From positions 1 to 28,679 of the forward strand of contig JBEKZX010000014.1 of assembly GCA_049509455.1 (NCBI GenBank): a DNA stretch of 28,679 nucleotides, written 5' to 3'. The DNA is from Conexivisphaerales archaeon (GTDB taxonomy: Archaea; Thermoproteota; Nitrososphaeria; Conexivisphaerales; DTJL01). The notes under the pieces were generated by a model. The model was not told the origin of the DNA, ran no database searches, and saw nothing but the letters and a program-made list of their open reading frames with translations. How positions within the stretch are numbered: the stretch's first letter is position 1; the number at the start of each line of letters is the position of its first letter. This document shows positions 25,140 to 28,679 of the stretch, piece after piece. A program made the position numbers and the translations under genes.

Positions 25140-25694
25140 TTGGTGAAGTTCGAATCCTTCGTAAGACGGGTCGTCAGGGAGCTCAACAGGGGAGGGCTAG
25201 AGTATGCACTCACCGGCGCCCTCGCCGTTAGCTACTATGGAAGGCCGAGGACCACCTCCGACGTAGACGTCATCATACGTACGACCCCTGCTGAATTCGG
25301 AAAGCTGGCCAAGGTGCTCAGGAGGGCGAAGTTGACGGTGAAGGACGGAGACCTTGAACGCGCCTGGGAATCAAAATACAAGATCGCCTCCTTCGAGGAC
25401 GGAGACGGCCTTCGATTGGACGTGATGATGACTGACGCCGTGGTCCCAAGGAGGCCCGTCAACGTGCTGGATCTTCCTTCCTTTCTTCAGGACCCCACGT
25501 GGCTGCTCCTTTCCAAGCTCAGGATGATGAAAGTCACCATCGACGACGACAGGAGGTTCCTCGACAGGCAGGACGTCCTTTCAGTGCTGAGGAACGCCGA
25601 GGTCGACCTGCAGGTGCTGAGAGAAGAGTCAAGGCGGCAGCTGACTTTCGATGTCCTCCAAAGTCTGCTCACCGACGCCGAGGCCTACAAGTAG
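25140..25694 (+). CDS. AbiEii/DUF6036-like nucleotidyltransferase (pol-beta superfamily), putative toxin
   Basis: TGALAVSYYGRPRTTSDVDV (G-A..R.T.D.D) and C-terminal LLSKL...DRQDV. Confidence 0.8.
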   Translation: MVKFESFVRRVVRELNRGGLEYALTGALAVSYYGRPRTTSDVDVIIRTTPAEFGKLAKVLRRAKLTVKDGDLERAWESKYKIASFEDGDGLRLDVMMTDAVVPRRPVNVLDLPSFLQDPTWLLLSKLRMMKVTIDDDRRFLDRQDVLSVLRNAEVDLQVLREESRRQLTFDVLQSLLTDAEAYK

Positions 25695-25755
25695 AGGGCG
25701 CTACCCGCAAAGGCTCCCAAGACTTAAATCGCTACCCGCGCCCAATCGAAGCCAA

Positions 25756-27144
25756 ATGAGCTTCTCCGAGGAATTCTGGACGCTCAACCCCGCTACGGGA
25801 GCTAAGCTCGCTTCCTATCTGCTGATGGAGCCGCTCACCTGCCTGCGCTACGCTAAGAACGCCGCCGACGCCTTCTCGAAATGGAGAGAAGTGAGCCTCG
25901 AAGATCGTGGCCAACTCCTTTCCTCCCTGGCGGACACCCTACGGAGAGACAGGGAGAAGCTCGCCCGCATGATGACCCATGAGATGGGGAAGCCTATCAA
26001 GCAGTCGCAGGCGGAGGTCGAGAAGTGCGCCTGGACGGCGGAGCTGGTGGCTAGGGAAGGGGCGAAATGGCTGGAGGAGGAGATCGTAGAGACTGACGCC
26101 AGGAGGAGCCAGGTCACCTTTGAGCCCCTGGGAGTCATACTGGGCGTAGAACCGTTCAACTTCCCGGCTTGGCAGGCGCTGAGGTTCGCCATCCCGACGG
26201 TGATGGCTGGTGATACAGTGCTGCTGCGGCCGTCCAACGTCATCCCGGGCTCCTCCTTGCTCCTCGAAGAGGAGTTCAAGGAGGCAGGTTTCCCGGACGG
26301 GGTCTTCAAGACGTTGCTGACAGCCCATGGTGTGGTCGAGAAGGTCATCGCCTCTCCGCTGGTGAAGGGTGTATCGTTCACCGGGAGCAACTCCGCGGGC
26401 ACGGCCATTGCGGCCATCGCCGGGAAGCATCTAAAGAAGAGTGTAATGGAGCTAGGAGGGAGCGACCCATTCATAGTGCTGGAGGACGCTGACCTCGAGG
26501 CGGCGGCTAGGGCGGGGGCTGAATCCCGGTTCATCAATTCGGGCCAGAGCTGCATCAACGCCAAACGTTTCATCGTCATGGACTCCGTGTACGAGGAGTT
26601 CAGGGAATTGTTCGTCGAGGAAGTCTCCTCCTACATCGTGGGCGACCCCCTTGACCCCATGACGGATGTCGGGCCCCTGGTGAGAGAGGCTCAGCTGGAG
26701 GAGGTCGAATCACAGGTGAGGGACGCCGTAAGGAAAGGGGCGAAGGTCACCTACGGGGGTAGGCGAATGGCCGGAAGCGGATACTTCTTCCAGCCCACCG
26801 TCCTGGAGAACTTCAGCATCAAGATGAAGGTGCTCTACGAAGAGGTCTTCGGTCCTGTAGCGCCACTGGTCAGGGTGAAGGACGATTCGGAGGCCGCCGA
26901 ATGGGCCAACAGCACCGATTACGGCCTGGGCGGAGCCATCTGGACGAAAGATGACGAAAGGGCCTCCCGGCTAGCGTGGAAGCTGGACGCGGGCGTCGTC
27001 TTCGTCAACGGGCTCGTCAAGTCTGACCCTAGGATGCCCTTCGGGGGCGTAAAGGCCTCCGGCTACGGACGGGAGATGTCGAAGTTTGGCATACGCGAGT
27101 TCGCCAACGTCAAGGGCATCAACTTCTACGACGTGACGGCGTGA
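25756..27144 (+). CDS. NAD(P)-dependent aldehyde dehydrogenase (succinate-semialdehyde dehydrogenase-like)
   Basis: TLNPATG, EMGKPI, PFNFP, FTGS, catalytic MELGGSDP and GQSCINAKR, EEVFGPV, PFGGVKASGYGRE. Start revised to ATG 25756, 27 nt after TATA TTAAAT at 25724-25729. Confidence 0.95.
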   Translation: MSFSEEFWTLNPATGAKLASYLLMEPLTCLRYAKNAADAFSKWREVSLEDRGQLLSSLADTLRRDREKLARMMTHEMGKPIKQSQAEVEKCAWTAELVAREGAKWLEEEIVETDARRSQVTFEPLGVILGVEPFNFPAWQALRFAIPTVMAGDTVLLRPSNVIPGSSLLLEEEFKEAGFPDGVFKTLLTAHGVVEKVIASPLVKGVSFTGSNSAGTAIAAIAGKHLKKSVMELGGSDPFIVLEDADLEAAARAGAESRFINSGQSCINAKRFIVMDSVYEEFRELFVEEVSSYIVGDPLDPMTDVGPLVREAQLEEVESQVRDAVRKGAKVTYGGRRMAGSGYFFQPTVLENFSIKMKVLYEEVFGPVAPLVRVKDDSEAAEWANSTDYGLGGAIWTKDDERASRLAWKLDAGVVFVNGLVKSDPRMPFGGVKASGYGREMSKFGIREFANVKGINFYDVTA

Positions 27145-27186
27145 CCGCTCCTCAGAGGTACTACGCTTTGCAGTTCCGTCCAGACA

Positions 27187-27260
27187 TCAATAGTATTGAC
27201 AAAAAGAAGGATAGGAATAGAGTACGATACTTAACGGGTAGGAATTCTTAAAAGTAGGAA
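27187..27260 (+). promoter_or_regulatory. vapBC promoter/operator region
   Basis: TATA TTAAAAG at 27248-27254, flanked by TAGGAA at 27239 and 27255 (third copy at 27212); palindrome TCAATA-G-TATTGA at 27187-27199. Confidence 0.55.
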
Positions 27261-27277
27261 CTGCAGAGGATACTACT

Positions 27278-27496
27278 ATGACAGAAGTGGTGGTCACCCG
27301 GCGGGGGCAGACGACCATACCCAAGGACCTTAGAACGAAATTCAAGATCGAAGAAGGGACCAAGCTTGAAGCCCTAGCTTACGCCGACGGCATCCTTTTC
27401 AAGAAGAAGGCTTCCACCCTCGACCTGGCGGGGAGCGGGCGCGCTTCCCTCGAAGACGCGCTCAAGATCCTCTACAGGATCAGAGACGAGGATTGA
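27278..27496 (+). CDS. vapB: AbrB/MazE/SpoVT-family antitoxin (VapB)
   Basis: VTRRGQTTIPKDLR.KF.I.EG..L...A..DGILFKK...DLAGS. Confidence 0.92.
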   Translation: MTEVVVTRRGQTTIPKDLRTKFKIEEGTKLEALAYADGILFKKKASTLDLAGSGRASLEDALKILYRIRDED

Positions 27497-27885
27497 CCGG
27501 ACGGGCATTAGTCTTCGACACACGCTACTTCGTCCAGCTCTTCTACTCCAAGCACGCCGACAGGACCAGGCTTCTCAGGAGGCTGGCGCAGAGCTCGGCC
27601 CCAAAGTGGATCTCGGCCATCACACTCATCGAAATGTACAAGGTCTCCATGGAAGCCGACGGCAAGGAGGTGGCCGATACGCGGAGCTTCCTCATGCAGC
27701 AGGATTTTAAAGTCAAGCCCGTCGACGCCGAGGTCGCGACGGCAGCCGCCTCCCTTCAGGCGACCCAGGGGCTGTCAGGACCCCAATCCATCATCGCGGC
27801 GACGGCCATCGCCCTGGGAGCCACCTGCGTTACGGACGACCCCGCCCTTCAAAAGCTGGGAAAGCCGCCCACCAAGTGGATCTGA
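27493..27885 (+). CDS. vapC: PIN-domain protein (VapC), third acidic residue replaced
   Basis: VFDTRYF, ISAITLIEM, V.PVDAEVA..AA.L, SIIAATA, VTDDP. TTG overlaps the vapB TGA (TTGA). Confidence 0.88.
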   Translation: MTGRALVFDTRYFVQLFYSKHADRTRLLRRLAQSSAPKWISAITLIEMYKVSMEADGKEVADTRSFLMQQDFKVKPVDAEVATAAASLQATQGLSGPQSIIAATAIALGATCVTDDPALQKLGKPPTKWI

Positions 27886-27893
27886 TCGTCGAA

Positions 27894-27941
27894 AGGCCCC
27901 GGGCCTGCAACGTGTTAGACAAGAACGTCATCCGTTTTTTC
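27894..27941 (+). terminator. candidate vapBC terminator
   Basis: Hairpin AGGCC-CCG-GGCCT at 27894-27906 and T6 tract at 27935-27940. Confidence 0.4.
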
Positions 27942-27983
27942 ACGTTACGGTCATTAGTGCCTCCGACGCATCAAGGCTCGCCT

Positions 27984-28442
27984 ATGAAGAGAGCCCCATC
28001 GATGGAATTGCTTCATCCGAAGGTCAAGCTGATGTACTTCCTGTGGAAGAGGTCGGTCTTCACTGGCAGCATCTCCGAACTGGCGAGGCAGCTGGGTTAC
28101 AAGGACGCCAGCCCGGTGAACCGGATGCTACACGAGCTGATGGACGATCGATACGTAGTGGAGCAGCCCAAGGCCGACAAGAGCGCGTTCAGGCTCACGA
28201 AGAAGGGTCAAAACTCGATATCGCTCCTAGTCTTTAAGGACTTCTCACTACTGTTCCTCGTCGTCTTCAGCGTCGCCGTCGTGTACTCTGGATTCGTAGG
28301 ACTGATATTTCACGTCGTGGTTCCACCGGCTGACCTCGTCATCATGGGCACCGTCTCCATCCTCTTCGTGATCCTGATCAGACAGCAGATCGGACGCCAG
28401 GAGACCCAGCTCTGGAGCAACGAAGCGGGCGGAGTGTCCTAA
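27984..28442 (+). CDS. membrane-anchored winged helix-turn-helix protein (N-terminal wHTH + 2 TM helices)
   Basis: SISELARQLGYKDASPVNRMLHELMDDRYV...FRLTKKG (wHTH with wing), then FSLLFLVVFSVAVVYSGFVGLIF and LVIMGTVSILFVILI. Start revised to ATG 27984 (or 28002); the track start at 27876 overlaps vapC. Confidence 0.78.
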   Translation: MKRAPSMELLHPKVKLMYFLWKRSVFTGSISELARQLGYKDASPVNRMLHELMDDRYVVEQPKADKSAFRLTKKGQNSISLLVFKDFSLLFLVVFSVAVVYSGFVGLIFHVVVPPADLVIMGTVSILFVILIRQQIGRQETQLWSNEAGGVS

Positions 28443-28607
28443 ATGGAGATCCCTCGCCCCGTTTGGCTTTGGATACTTTCCATCGTGCTCATCGTAATCC
28501 ATGCCACCGTCCCTTCGCTCCCCCTTGAGATTTCATTCCTAGGGTTCTTCATGGCCGTGGCCGGCATCGTGTTGGCGCTGTGGGAAGAAGACCGGGCTCC
28601 GGACTAA
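28443..28607 (+). CDS. 54-aa two-TM microprotein, abutting the wHTH gene
   Basis: TAA-ATG junction at 28440-28445. Translation MEIPRPVWLWILSIVLIVIHATVPSLPLEISFLGFFMAVAGIVLALWEEDRAPD*. Not in the ORF track. Confidence 0.65.
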   Translation: MEIPRPVWLWILSIVLIVIHATVPSLPLEISFLGFFMAVAGIVLALWEEDRAPD

Positions 28608-28679
28608 GAAGAGGACCTCCTCTGAGCCCTTCCTTCGAACAAATTTCCCTCTTACGCTGTCAAGGTTTATAGAGGGAAG

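Noticed and set aside
94-26579. Many long antisense/alternate-frame ORFs in the track (e.g. 1431-2267+, 10462-11322+, 11490-12578+, 15823-16857+, 20514-21272+, 25848-26579-)
   Set aside because: Shadows of real genes caused by high GC3 codon bias; no family motifs, and they overlap well-supported CDSs.
25756-27144. ALDH as a downstream step of pyrimidine (beta-alanine/malonate semialdehyde) catabolism linked to the PreA fusion
   Set aside because: Sequence looks like a generic SSADH-type enzyme; it is on the opposite strand with its own promoter and separated by unrelated genes.
27196-27223. Bacterial-style TTGACA-16-TAGAGT promoter
   Set aside because: Host is archaeal and a correctly spaced TATA exists at 27248-27254; probably chance.

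Overview
GC-rich archaeal chromosomal segment with TATA/BRE promoters, many leaderless starts and GGTGA/GGAG Shine-Dalgarno sites inside operons. From recall of family members, the thermosome most resembles Nitrososphaerota sequences, and the gene set looks like a heterotrophic, peptide-using TACK archaeon (inference). Positions 1-24.6 kb are almost all minus-strand genes: a partial ACT-domain regulator, a membrane-anchored pilin-like protein, thermosome, TldE/TldD, an ADP-forming acyl-CoA synthetase, two paralogous DUF3227/NitrOD-like small proteins, an F420-type LLM oxidoreductase, a response regulator plus 4-PAS histidine kinase, a TrmO-like protein, a PPOX/F420 protein, a SAM methyltransferase, a five-gene peptide ABC transporter, AlaX, a NifX-like protein (plus strand), thioredoxin, and a 696-aa fusion. 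The fusion joins dihydropyrimidine dehydrogenase PreA (FMN + 2x[4Fe-4S]) to a CoxM/XdhA-type FAD subunit and is the standout finding. From 24.9 kb genes are on the plus strand: a small protein + AbiEii-like nucleotidyltransferase pair, an aldehyde dehydrogenase, an AbrB-type VapB/VapC pair, and a membrane-anchored winged-HTH gene abutting a 54-aa two-TM microprotein that the ORF track missed. Two decayed gene remnants (aldo/keto reductase, GNAT) sit in intergenic gaps. I found no rRNA, tRNA, CRISPR array or transposase. All family assignments come from motif recognition, not database searches.
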